Below are positions 46,086 through 58,529 of a DNA stretch of 64,000 bases, one piece after another (position 1 is the first letter of the stretch; every line of letters starts with the position of its first letter). The stretch comes from Hemiscyllium ocellatum (Eukaryota): positions 18,248,341 through 18,312,340 of the forward strand of contig NC_083409.1 of NCBI RefSeq assembly GCF_020745735.1, read 5' to 3'. The notes below the pieces were generated by a model, which had not been told where the DNA came from, ran no database searches, and saw nothing but the letters and a program-made list of their open reading frames with translations. Position numbers and translations under genes: made by a program.

Positions 46086-47319
46086 GGGGCCTCAAGTTCA
46101 ATTCCTGATCCTTTCCATACTCTCCATCCTATTGCTTAGTCTGGATACTTTAATAAAGTGTCCTGAGCCCCTACCTTCTTCAAACAGTTTAAATTTCTTG
46201 AAGCTTGATTTACCTTGGCTTGTGTGGTACCACTTTGTCTGCCTTATTCTGAATGGGTCATGCATTAAGAGACAAAGCCTTTAAGTTTGTTCTAGTATTG
46301 AGCTTCCCTACACTTTTAAGTTTCCTTAGTACAATATGACATTTACAATATTCTAACCCTTCCTTTTATTTCCTGGTAACAATCAATCCCATCACTACCC
46401 AGTAATCCTCCCTTCTCCTTTAACTTACATTTTCTCATTCTCTATCCAACTCTTCCAGTTACTTTCTCTTTGAATCGTATTCAGGCTGATATTTATCCCT
46501 GAACAAACATCACTCAAAATGTTCCATGGTTCATTGTTGCTTGTGGGATCTTGCTGTGCACAATCCAGCTTGCACATTTCCTATATTACAACAACAACCA
46601 TATTTCAAACAAGTCCCGCACTGTCTGCAAATGTCTTTGGGACAGCATGAATCTTTCTTTTCATTGGATGAACTGGGAGTCTTTCAGATGTGAAAGATGC
46701 CTTTCCAATATTGTACAGTCCTCCTCCTGACAAAGTTCCTGCTTTGTCCCTTTTTTTTTGAATGGGTCTCATACATTCCTTCATTCTCTTGTTCTTTCGG
46801 TGATTATCAACATCACTGGGATTTCCTTGACTTCATTTGATGTATTTCATCCTGTCAGCTCTTTGCTTTCACCCCTGCATTTCGTTTTTCAGCCCAGTTT
46901 TACCAAGTCACTGCTCAGTTCAGTAAAATGGTTTGTTCCCAAATGAAAACTTTTACACTTGTTGCACGGTTCTCCATTCCGATCCCTACTCTCAGTCTCA
47001 CTGAGTTCTGATCCCTGTCACTGAAATGCTTCCCCATTGATAGCCCTTCCAGCTGCCCACATTCATTCTCTAAGCAATGGTCCAAAACTGTCCCTTTTCT
47101 TTCACCATCACCTTCTCAGGGGCAATTAGGGATGGGTAATAAATGCTGGCCCTGCCAGTGACACATCCCAAGAAGCAATTTTTAAAAATCCCTGTCCTTT
47201 TATGGGGTTTGTTAGGTATTGGATACAAGTGTTCAAACGGATTGTTTTATCAGTGAATGTTCAGAGAGTTGAAATCAGTTTGAATGGCAGGGAATAAAAT
47301 TGTTTCTCTTGTATTTCAG

Positions 47320-47642
47320 GCCGTGAGAACTCTCAGCCCAAGCTGACCCTGCTGCCCCCCTCCCCGGAGCAGGTCAATGCCAAGGGCACTGCCACCCTGG
47401 TGTGCCTTGCCAATCACTTCTATCCCGATGAGCTGGAGTGGAAGAAGGACGGTGCAGTCATTTCGGACGGGGTTCAGACCAGCAACTACCTGCGAGCTTC
47501 GGACAGCACCTACAGTGTCAGCAGCCTGCTGACCCTCTCTGGGTCTGACTGGGAGTCCGACGCTCACTTCTCTTGTGCCCTCACCCATGTGACTCTCCCC
47601 TCTCCCCTCAGCAAGAGCATCAGGAGATCAGAATGTGTATAG
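47320..47642 (+). CDS. IGKC: Immunoglobulin kappa-type (shark NS4/type III) light-chain constant exon; open, lacks 2 codons, no V/J seen
   Basis: cttgtatttcag|GC CGT GAG...; RENSQPKLTLLPPSPEQVNAKGTATLVCLANHFYPDELEWKKDGAVISDGVQTSNYLRASDSTYSVSSLLTLSGSDWESDAHFSCALTHVTLPSPLSKSIRRSECV*. Both Cys, the Trp and the terminal Cys are present. Resembles nurse shark kappa C as recalled. Confidence 0.9.
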
Positions 47643-48168
47643 AGTGTTCAAGACAGTCCACAGAGGAGACACAACTTTCAATAGAACTGGACTGAGCTGG
47701 TAGGTCAAAAGTCATTGTCAGCACTGAATTTCAATTCTCTTCCTTCTCAGGACTGGCTCAGAGACACTTCTGAGGTTCAAGGGTTATGGCAGGTCATTGC
47801 GATCATCAAAAAGAAGCTTTACTCTGTATCAAACCCCATGCTGTCCCTGTTCTGGGAGTGTTTGACTGGGGCAGTGATGTCCTGTGATGCCAACTCAAAC
47901 CTCTCGAAAATGCTGAAGACTGTCAGCTGTACAAAACAATGTGAACCTCAGAAGTCTCTGTTTCAGTAAACCAGATCTCCTTCCTGCTCAGCCACCAGTT
48001 CCAAGTTCAGGTTTTGTCACTGTTTAAAGGGACAGGATTCTCATGTTGTTGAGAAAATCTCCACAAGTGTTTTCCTCAAACTCCATTGTGGCTGTGAATT
48101 TGTGCAGCTTCCTCTGTCTGGGCTGTTAATTGCAGTCTGTTTTCTGTCAATGTCAATCTGGAAAAGGG

Positions 48169-48174
48169 AATAAA
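48169..48174 (+). promoter_or_regulatory. Probable polyadenylation signal of the kappa C exon
   Basis: AATAAA about 530 nt after the stop; conserved in the inverted copy (tttatt 62802-62807), and homology ends about 40 nt later. Confidence 0.55.
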
Positions 48175-49504
48175 GATGAAGAAGATTCAGTCTCTGTCTC
48201 TGTGTGCTTTGGGAATGGCACGAGCTGAAGCCTCAGGGAAAGGGTGTGTGAAGTGTTAACCTCCACCCTCACGGCCTGGAGAAAGAGCGGGAGAATCGAG
48301 GGGGCAATGGGGTCCCCGGAGCAGGAGGGCAATGATACCATTGTGTCCAGAAGGGGCACTTTCAGCAGGAATGCAGGGCCTCAAGGAAATCTTTCCCAAT
48401 AGATGGGGAAAAGAAGGAAGGCAGGAGGGGACAACGGGGAACACAATAATCTGATGGAAATTCTCCATCAACCCTCACCCATCCCTTAGGCACAGCAAGA
48501 TCACAAGCCAAGAAATTCAAATCAACTGTTTAGGAGCCAGAGCCACTGGGAACCCTGTATTGATGAATATGACCGGCAGGATCTTGTTACTCAGAATCAC
48601 AATTCCACAGGGTTCGGGAAATAAATATTCTATAAATTAAACCTGAGTTTTCTTTCCTCTTCCAATGAGATGGAATTGCGCCGTGTCCCTGGAGTCAGAT
48701 TGAGAATGTTCAGTCTGGGGGAGTCTGGGAAGCAGAGAGTGACAACATTGAATTGCTTCTGGTGTCATCCTCTGCGCCCTAACGTTTCACAGTGCCAGCT
48801 CCACATCCTTCCATTGGCTTTGTCATTGAGAGGCAACAGTTCTCTTCCCACAGCCCTTTTTAAAATGCCCTGCCCAAGGAATCACTCAGACAGAGAATAT
48901 TTCACCTTTTCTGGGAAGGGTGGAGAAATATTGGATGTCGATGAGCTGCTCGCTAAGACTTCAGGGTCTGACAGAAGGATGTGTGTAGTCTGTGGATTCT
49001 GGAGACAGATCACTGAGATATTCCTCACTCCCATCAACACCTGACTTTATTCTGACATCAGTGACTATTCTTCATTATAAAGTATCCCCCCCCTCCCCCC
49101 AGCCACAGTTTGAGGTAGGACAGTTCACACCCAGCCCCCATTTCCTCACATTAGAATCAAGAACCAAACTTGCCCCATCTCAGGATTGCCCTCTGAATGT
49201 GGTGTCAGTGTGTTAATGCTGTGTCTGAATGAAAGAGCCACAATAGAATCTGGGACTGAATCCAAGGGGTTTCTGAGTAGCCTCCCCACTGTGTGAGAGT
49301 CTGTCTGGATAAGATTTCAACCCCATGGGTTCCCATTGATACTAGAGCCATGGAGTGAGATTGCTGGAGCCACATGTGGACTGAGGAACACAACAGTCAG
49401 GACAATGAACTGCTCTGGAATCCACCCTGAGCTCTGGATGATCCCCGCTGAGGTGGTCCAGGGGCTACAGAATATGACAGCAAAAAGTGGAACCAGTTTA
49501 TCAT

Positions 49505-52473
49505 TGACTTCTGCGGGAAGTGCACCCAACTCCGGCTCCTTGAAAACCGTGTTAGGGAATTGGAGCTGGAGCTGGACGAACTATGGATCATTCAGGAGGC
49601 TGAGGTGGTAATTGAGAGGAGTTACCAGCAGTTTACTACCGGTGACACGAGATAGTGAGGCGAGGAACAGGGAGTGGGCACAGCTTAACATGTGGTTGTG
49701 CAGCTGGTGTAGGAGGGAGGGCTTCAGATATGTAGATAAGTGGGATGCGTTCTGGGGAAGGTGGGACCTGTACAAGAACGAGGGGTTGCATCCGAACTAG
49801 AAGGGGAGGAATGTCCTGGGTGGAAGCCTTGCTCAAGTAGTTCAGGAGGGTTTAAACTAGTACGGCAGGGAGGGTGGGAACCTGAGCTGTATACCGGTGG
49901 TGAGAGTTGATGGAGATGAGGCAATAGCAAGAGGTAGCGCAGCCTGTAGGAAAGAACCAAGTGTGTTTGCTTTAATGCAAGGTGTATCAGGAATAAAAGT
50001 GATGAGCTTAAAGCATGGATCAGTACCTGCTGCTATGATGTTGTGGCCATAACAGAGACGTGGGTTTCTCAGGGGCAGGAATGGTTGCTGAATGTTCCAG
50101 GGTTTAGAACAGTTAAAAAGAATAGGGCGGGGGGGAAGAGGAGGGGATGTAACTCTGCTAATCAGAGAGGATATCACAGCTACAGAAGCTTCCATTGTCG
50201 AGGATGGTCTGCCTACTGAGTCAGTATGGGTGGAAATTAGGAACAGTAAGGGAGCAGTCACCTCATTAGGGGTTTACTACAGGCCCCACAATAGCAGCAG
50301 GGAGATTGAAGAAAACATAGGTCGGCAGATTTTGGAAAAGTGTGAATGTAGTCGGGTTGTTGTAATGGGTGACTTTAACTTTCCCAATGTTGATTAGATT
50401 ACATTACAGTGTGGAAACAGGCCCTTCGGCCCAACAAGTCCACACCGACCCGCCGAAGCGAAACCCACCCATACCCCTACATTACCCCTTACCTAACACT
50501 ACGGGCAATTTTTAGCATGGCCAATTCACCTGACCCGCACATCTTTGGACTGTGGGAGGAAACCGGAGCACCCGGAGGAAACCCACGCAGACACGGGGAG
50601 AACGTGCAAACTCCACACAGTCAGTCGCCTGAGTCGGGAATTGAACGCGGGTCTTCAGGCGCTGTGAGGCAGCAGTGCTAACCACTGTGCCACCGTGCCG
50701 CCCAATGATCAAAGAAAGAATAGGGCCGATCAGGGATTGCATAGGGAACTTGTGTATAGAGTCTGAGGCGGTAGGGAAAGCCCTAAATGAGTTTTTTGCT
50801 TCTGTCTTTACTGAAGAAAAGGACCTTGTAGTGAATGAACCCATTGAGGAGCAGGTAAGCATGCTGGAACGGATAGAGATTGAGGAAGCTGATGTGCTGA
50901 AAATTTTGGCAAGCATTAAGATTGACAAGTCGCCAAGGCCAGACCAGACTTTGTCCTCGGCTGCTTTGGAAGCAAGAAATGTGATTGCTTCGCCGATTGC
51001 GAAGATCTTTGCATCCTCGCTCTCCACCGGAGTCATACCTGGAACTGGAGGGATGCAAATGTTATTCCTCTCTTCAAGAAAGGAAATAGGGAAATCCTCA
51101 GCAATTATAGAACAATCAGTCTCACGTTCTGTTGTCTGCAAGGTGTTAGAAAGGATTCTGAGGGATAGGATTTATGACCATCTGGAAGAGCATGGCTTGA
51201 TTAAATGCAGTCAGTACGGCTTTGTGAGGGGCTGGTCATACCTTACGAATCTTATTGAATTCTTTGAGGATGTTCCTGGACACGTTGATGAGGGTCGAGC
51301 GGTAGATGTGGTGTATATGGACTTCAGCAAGGCATTTGATAAGATTCCCCATGGTAGGCTCGTTCATCAGGTCATACAGGGACGTTTAACTGTCTGGATA
51401 CAGAATTGGCTGGTCGACAGAAGGCAGCGAGTGTGTCGTGGAAGGATAGTATTCTGCATGGAAGTCAGTGGTGAGTGGTGTTCCACGGGGCTCTGTTCTT
51501 GGGCCTCTACTCTTTGTAATTTTTATTAATGACTTGGATGAGGAGATTGAAGGATGGGTTAGCAAGTTTGCAGATGACACAAAGGTTGGAGTTGTCGTTG
51601 ACAGTATAGAGGACAGTTGTAGGCTGCAGCGTGACATTGAAAGGATGCAGAGATGGGCTGAGAGGTGGCAGATGGAGTTCAACCTGGATAAATGTGAATT
51701 GATGCATTTTGGAAGGTCGAACTTGAAAGTTGAGTACAGGATTAAAGAAAAGATTCTTGGCAGTGTGGAGGAACAGCGGGATCTTGGTGTGCAGGTACAT
51801 AGATCCCTTAAAATTGTCACCCAAGTGGACAGGTTGTTAAGAAAGCATATGGTGTTTTGGCTTTCATTAACAGGGGGATTGAGTTTAAGAGCCATGAGAT
51901 CTTGTTGCAGCTCTATAAAACTTTGGTTAGACCGCACTTGGAATATTGTGTCCAGTTCTGGTCGCCCTATTATCGGAAAGATGTGGATGCTTTGGAGAGG
52001 GTTCAGAGGAGGTTTACCAGGATGCTGCCTGGAATGGAGGGCTTATCTTATGAAGAGAGGTTCACTGAGTTCGGACTTTTATCATTGGAAAAAAGAAGGA
52101 AGAGAGGGGACCTAACTGAGATGTACAAGATAATGAGAGGCATTGACAGAGTTGATAGCCAGAGACTTTTTCCCAGGGCAGAAACTGTTAACACGGGGAG
52201 TCATAGTTTTAAGCTGTTTGGCGGAAAGTATACAGAGGGGATGTCAGAGGCGGGTTCTTTACGCAGAGAGTTGTGAGAGCATGGAATGAGTAGCCAGCAG
52301 CAGTTGTGGAAGTGAGGTCATTGGGGATATTTAAGAGACTGCTGGACATGCATATGGTTACAGAAATTTGAGAGTTCGTACATTAGGTTCAGCTCACATG
52401 ACGATCAATGGTCGGCACAACATTGTGGGCTGAAGGGCCTGTTCTGTGCTGTACTGTTCTATGTTCTATGTTC
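49505..52473 (+). mobile_element. Internally deleted CR1 LINE with ORF1 (Cys motif/zipper plus SGNH esterase), APE and RT
   Basis: CGKCTQLRLLENRVRELELELDEL; WLCSWCRREGF..GLHPN; CFNAR..DVVAITETW; GVYYRP..MGDFNFP; RT ORFs 50675-52276; tail gttctatgttctatgttc. Confidence 0.9.
50393..50703 (-). mobile_element. HE1-type SINE, young, inside CR1 ORF2
   Basis: Nearly identical to 34727-35042. Confidence 0.92.
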
Positions 52474-52499
52474 AAAGCATGCCAACTCATACTTTTACC

Positions 52500-52875
52500 A
52501 GCCGTTTTACTGTCCATCTTTAATTGTCACGGACAAGGTGCTGCTAAGCTGAGTTCTTGAACCCCTACAGTCTGTGTGCTGGAAGTAGACCCAAAATGCC
52601 TTTAGGAAGAGAATTCCAGGATTCTGACCCAGTGATGATGTAGAAACAGTGTTATATTTCCAAATCAAACTGGTGAATGTCTTGGAGGGGATCTTGCTGC
52701 AGTGAAGTTCCCATGTATCTGCTGCCCTTGTCCTTGATTTAAATGTCATGGGTTTGGAAGCTGTTGTCTCAGGATCTTTGGTGAATCTCTGCAGTGCATC
52801 TTGTAAATCGAACACACAGCTGTTACTGAACGTCGGTGTGGGGGGACTGGATGTTTTGGATGTGGTGCCAATCAA
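52500..52875 (-). mobile_element. Old L2-like LINE 3' fragment
   Basis: Same motif family as 9430-10030. Confidence 0.5.
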
Positions 52876-55584
52876 GCAGGCTAAACTTTTTTTCAGCAAA
52901 ATTTAAATAAAATAATATAAAACAAATAAAATTAAATAAAATATAATTTTGCTGCCTTTTTGATAAAACATCACTGCACCCAAAAAGCTAACTCCTCCTC
53001 TCCCCACCGAGGCTGCACCTGTTCCCTTACTCCAGCATTGTGCTTCTATTTGAGATTTGCAGTATTTTTTTGGTTTTGTATCTGTTTTAATGCCATTGGT
53101 TATAAGAGAAGCATTGGCCAGCACACTGGGAAGAGTTTCCCTGAGACGGTCACAAAGCCCTTATATTCACATCGACCTGAGAGGGCAGTGGTTTAACCGA
53201 TCATCCAGCAGATGGCATCTTTGTCTTTGCCAGCCTCAGGATATTGCTCCAGTGTCTGGAGTGGGGCTTGAAACCTGCAGGTTCAGGTGACGGTGTTACC
53301 ACTGAGGCCGTCTATTCTTTCCTGGGATGTGGGGGTCACTGGCAAAACTAGCATTTGTTCTCCATCTCTAACTGCCCTGAAACTGAGTGGCTTGTTCGGC
53401 CTTTCAAATGGCAGGTAAGGGTCAGCCACATTGCTGGAGTCCTGGGAGAGTCAGACTTCTACAACTGGTCAACAAGAACAAGGCCCTTTGGCCCAATGAG
53501 CCAAAGCCAGTCAAACATCCACCTCACCATTCTAATTCCATGTTCCAGCACTTGGCCTGTAGCCCTGTATGCCTTGGCATCACAGCTGCACATTGAAACA
53601 TTTCAATGTTATGGGAGGGTTTCTGCCTCAACTACCCTTACAGGCAGTGAGTCCCCAGACTGCCACCACCCTCTGGGTGAAAATGTGTTTCCTTATGCTC
53701 CCTCTGAAACTTCGGCCATTTATCCTTAATCTGTACCTCTCCGATCATTGATTATAATATAACCCCATGTCACCAAGTCTCCCTTCATTGACACATGAAC
53801 AGTCCTTGACTGTAATGCCTCAGAGAGAGTCAGGCACTGGAGGCTCGGGGTCTCTGACACTCAGCCTGTTTATATCAGTGAGGATTCTCCCTGTTATATC
53901 CTCATAACGATTTGAGTTTTCCTTGTGATACCCAGTTGGGAATTTTAATGGCACCGAATCTTCCACACACGCCCACCTATCTTGATGCTCACCCTTCTTC
54001 CCATTTTCTTCTCCCCTCTGAGTTGATTCCATTTCAGTAGAGTCTGTGATAATTCCACAGAGGATGTGTTTGAGAAACTGCCATAGGGAAGCTCCCAGCC
54101 CTTCAACAGAAGGAAGGCCAATGTTTGCAGCAAGCCTGGACTGTGCCCTTGTGTACCTTGTCTGAAGGATTCCGTCTGATCTGTCAGCCTCCCTCACAGT
54201 CTGCTAACCATCTCGGACATTGGAAGGAAATGCCCAGGATGCAGGATAACATGGCGCAAAAAAAACCTTTGGCTGAAGCTTCAGTGTTTGCCTTCGGTGT
54301 GCATTTTCACTTGCTCACTGCTCCCCTTTTACATAAAAATGTGGAAAGAACTCTTGTTGATGCAGTTTTTAAAATCATCGCAGAATAGTCAAAGCTGTGA
54401 GCATAGAGCAGTCACATTCATAGACAAGATGGTAAGGCCCCACAGACAGTAAATGAATAACAAAACAAATGTGTGTTGGTGGCACGAGTTGAATTTTGAG
54501 CAGGCCCCCCGAGGGAATCTCCTCAGAATGGGATCTTGTCGAGCCCCCTGAGGTGGGGTTGGGGATGGTCGGGGTGTGGTGGTGATGGAGTCTCAAATGA
54601 TGGTGCCAGAGACTGTGCAACTTGTAGCAGTGCACCACAGTCTCAGCCTGGAATCTGTTCTCTCATTTCTGAGGTGGCTTTCAATCCGATGACCATTTTG
54701 ACTATGGGCCAGGAGCATTGTCCATGGAGCCACGGTCAGTAACAATGTAAACTGTGTAGCTCTGAAAGCCTGAGTCTGCATCTCAGCTCGGGATCATATC
54801 AGCTCATTCATCAAATCTGTTTCTGCCCCTCTGCAGGCTGACCAGGCTGCCGGTGCCTTTCCAACACTCCCACGTTTCCTCTTGTGTCACAGCTCATTCT
54901 CCTGAGGGATAGTTTGCTCGGAGTCGAAAAGTGTGGTGCTGGAAAAGCACAGCAGGTCAGGCAGTTGTGCTCAGGCCGAGGACATGATCTTGTCCCTCCT
55001 TCAGATCCTCTTCGAGAAACTCATGGCTCACCACTGCCCTCTGCAGGACAGTGAGGAAGGGCAACAAGCAAGGATGGAGATGGGGACGCGAAGCCTGAAG
55101 TGCTGCTCTCTGCAGTTTGGCGGGCACGCTTTGAGAACCGTTTGTTAGATCTTTGAGTATAATTCAATTTGTTGCTGATTCCAGTGCTCATCCGAAGGAC
55201 ACTCGACCTTTCAATCTGACAAACCAGGTTCACCCATGTCATGGCTCAGTTTCTGGCTAAGGCTCCAGTCTTTCAAGGAGATGAATTCAAGCCTCACCTG
55301 TTTGATCATTTGAACTGTATGCCATTTATTTTGATTTCTCCAGGGATGGGGTAGACGTTGACGTGTCGGTTATTTGTTTCCCTTCCTGAATTGTCCTGGA
55401 GAGGGCGGTATTGAACCATGTAATTTCAGGGAAGCAGCTGACAGGTCATTTCTACTGGAATCGACTGGAATGACTGTGGGTTTACTCATGGCTAATGGAA
55501 GGAGTCGTTACCCATAATCCTCAGTGCAGTGCACGTACTCTATAGTTACCAGAAGGAGGTTGTTTCACTGTGTCCAAACAATAC

Positions 55585-55705
55585 AAAATCAGAAGTCACA
55601 CAACACCAGGTTCTAACCCAACAGGTTCATTTGCAATCACAAGTTTCCGAAGTGCTGCTCCTTCATCAGGTGTACCCCAGTCCACCATCGGCATCCCCAC
55701 ATTAC
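55585..55705. mobile_element. Short Penelope-derived remnant with decayed hammerhead motif (- strand)
   Basis: tcacacaacaccaggtt...ctccttcatcaggtg; reverse complement cacCTGATGAaGGAG..CTTCGGAA; related remnant near 60870-60950. Confidence 0.5.
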
Positions 55706-55741
55706 TGAACAGTATAAATAAACTCGGGCTCATGAGGATCT

Positions 55742-58000
55742 TTATAGCCAACTGCCGCCGTGACATCAACCGACTCAACCTGTCCACCCCTCTCACCCAC
55801 TCCAACCTCTCACCCTCAGAACGTGCAGCCCTCCACTCCCTCCGCTCCAATCCCAACCTCACCATCAAACCCGCAGACAAGGGAGGCGCGGTGGTAGTTT
55901 GGCGCACTGACCTGTACACCGCTGAAGCCAAACGCCAGCTCGCGGACGCCTCCTCTTATCGCCCCCTTGACCACGACCCCACCTCCCACCACCAAACCAT
56001 CATCTTCCAGACCATCCAGGACCTCATCACCTCAGGGGATCTCCCATCCACCGCCTCCAACCTCATAGTCCCACAACCCCGCACCGCCCGTTTCTACCTC
56101 CTGCCCAAAATCCACAAACCTGCCTGCCCCGGCCGACCCATTGTCTCAGCCTGCTCCTGCCCCACCGAACTCATCTCCCAATACCTCGACACGGTCCTGT
56201 CCCCTTTAGTCCAAGAACTCCCCACCTACGTTCGGGACACCACCCACGCCCTCCACCTCCTCCAGGATTTTCGCTTCCCCGGTCCCCAACGCCTTATTTT
56301 CACTATGGACATCCAGTCCCTGTACACCTCCATCCCCCATCACGAAGGACTCAAAGCCCTCCGCTACTTCCTTTCCCGCCGCACCAACCAGTACCCTTCC
56401 ACTGACACCCTCCTTCGACTGACTGAACTGGTCCTCACCCTGAATAACTTCTCCTTTCAATCCTCCCACTTCCTCCAAACGAAAGGAGTTGCCATGGGCA
56501 CCCGCATGGGCCCCAGCTATGCCTGCATCTTCGTAGGATATGTGGAACAGTCCATCTTCCGCAACTACACTGGCACCACCCCCCACCTTTTCCTCCGCTA
56601 CATCGATGACTGTATCGGCGCTGCCTCGTGCTCCCACGAGGAGGTTGAACAGTTCATCAACTTTACTAACACCTTCCATCCCGACCTGAAATTCACCTGG
56701 ACTGTCTCAGACTCCTCCCTCCCCTTCCTAGATCTTTCCATTTCTATCTCGGGCGACCGACTCAACACAGACATCTATTATAAACCGACTGACTCCCACA
56801 GCTACCTGGACTACACCTCCTCCCACCCTGCCCCCTGTAAAAACGCCATCCCATATTCCCAATTCCTTCGTCTCCGCCGCATCTGCTCCCAGGAGGACCA
56901 ATTCCAACACCGCACAGCCCAGATGGCCTCCTTCTTCAAGGACCGCAGATTCCCCCCAGACGTGATCGACGATGCCCTCCACCACATCTCCTCCACTTCC
57001 CGCTCCTCCGCCCTTGAGCCCCGCTCCTCCAACCGCCACCAAGACAGAACCCCACTGGTTCTCACCTACCACCCCACCAACCTGCGCATACAACGTATCA
57101 TCCGCCGCCATTTCCGCCACCTCCAAACGGACCCCACCACCAAGGATATATTTCCCTCCCCTCCCCTATCAGCGTTCCGCAAGGACCACTCCCTTCGTGA
57201 CTCCCTTGTCAGATCCACACCCCCCACCAACCCAACCTCCACCCCCGGCACCTTCCCCTGCAACCGCAGGAAATGTAAAACTTGCGCCCACACCTCCACA
57301 CTCACTTCCCTCCAAGGCCCCAAGGGATCCTTCCATATCCGCCACAAGTTCACCTGTACCTCCACACACATCATCTATTGCATCCGCTGCACCCGATGTG
57401 GCCTCCTCTATATTGGTGAGACAGGCCGCTTACTTGCGGAACGCTTCAGAGAACACCTCCGGGCCGCCTGAACCAACCAACCCAATCACCCCGTGGCTCA
57501 ACACTTTAACTCCCTCTCCCACTCCACCGAGGACATGCAGGTCCTTGGACTCCTCCACCGGCAGAACACAACTACACGACGGCTGGAGGAGGAGCGCCTC
57601 ATCTTCCGCCTGGGAACCCTCCAACCACAAGGTATGAATTCAGATTTCTCCAGCTTCCTCATTTCCCCTCCCCCCACCTTGTCTCAGTCGGTTCCCTCAA
57701 CTCAGCACCGCCCTCCTAACCTGCAATCCTCTTCCTGACCTCTCCGCCCCCACCCCACTCCGGCCTATCACCCTCACCTTGACCTCCTTCCACCTATCCC
57801 ACCTCCATCGCCCCTCCCCCCAGTCCCTCCTCCCTACCTTTTATCTTAGCCTGCTTGGCTCTCTCTCTCTTATTCCTGATGAAGGGCTTATGCTCGAAAC
57901 GTCGAATTCTCTATTCCTGAGATGCTGCCTGACCTGCTGTGCTTTGACCAGCAACACATTTGCAGCTGTGATCTCCAGCATCTGCAGACCTCATTTTTTA
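55742..58000 (+). mobile_element. 5'-truncated Penelope-like element (Neptune-type): RT, Cys-rich linker, GIY-YIG endonuclease, 3' pLTR
   Basis: IKPADKGG, GRPIVS, MDIQSLYTSI, GVAMGTRMGP, RYIDD; CNRRKCKTC; IIYCIRCTRCGLLYIGETGR. One premature TGA at 57469-57471, after which the frame continues. TSD CTCATGAGGATCT at 55729-55741 and 58001-58013. Confidence 0.93.
57872..57907 (+). ncRNA. Minimal type I hammerhead ribozyme motif in the PLE terminal repeat
   Basis: ATTC-CTGATGA-A-GGGC TTAT GCTC-GAAA-C-GTC-GAAT: 4-bp stem I, 4-bp stem II, palindromic ACGT stem III, GUC site. Confidence 0.72.
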
Positions 58001-58529
58001 CTCATGAGGATCTAACCGGCTCCATCTGTAGAAACGAGGAGAAACAGAGAGAGAGAGAGAGAACAGCTTTCGGACCAGGATACTTATCTCACCGCAATGA
58101 AAATGCCCTGCATGCTATGATATATCAAAACGAAGTACTTTGGTGTGACTTTTGATTGTCTCCAGATTATGTCTTTTTCATTCTGTGATACACGGAGATA
58201 ATGTCAGTATTGAGTATCACAAAGTATGTTTCCTCCATAAAACACTTTCCAACACAGTGTCTCCGTATTGTTTTACTCCCTGTTGACTCTTCCCTCACTC
58301 CGTCCCAGACCCAGAGGGATTGATGTCCGGAGTTCATGAACCCGCACTGTGTGGAGGTTGGTGTGAAGTGAGGCCAGTGTGTTGGAGCTTGGGCCCCTGC
58401 CTCAGGCCCAGGTGTAGGGACCTGTTCAACAATCTGCACATTGTCCTTTTCCTCTTTCTGAATGTACTGGATCAAGTTGCAGTAATGAGCTGGCAACAAG
58501 GTGCCTTGTCTAAAATGCTCCCAACATTG

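Noticed and set aside
49266-49293. RSS-like ggggtttct-12-cactgtg
   Set aside because: The nonamer matches only 6/9 and no J-like FGxG frame or donor follows.
55570-55741. N-terminus of the 633-aa ORF (MSKQYKIRSH...)
   Set aside because: It lies outside the 13-bp TSD and is read-through from flank plus a separate PLE remnant; the true element frame begins at about 55742 (FIANCRRD).
58069-58100. J-like FGPG peptide (ttcggaccagga)
   Set aside because: No RSS upstream, no TxLxV continuation and no splice donor.
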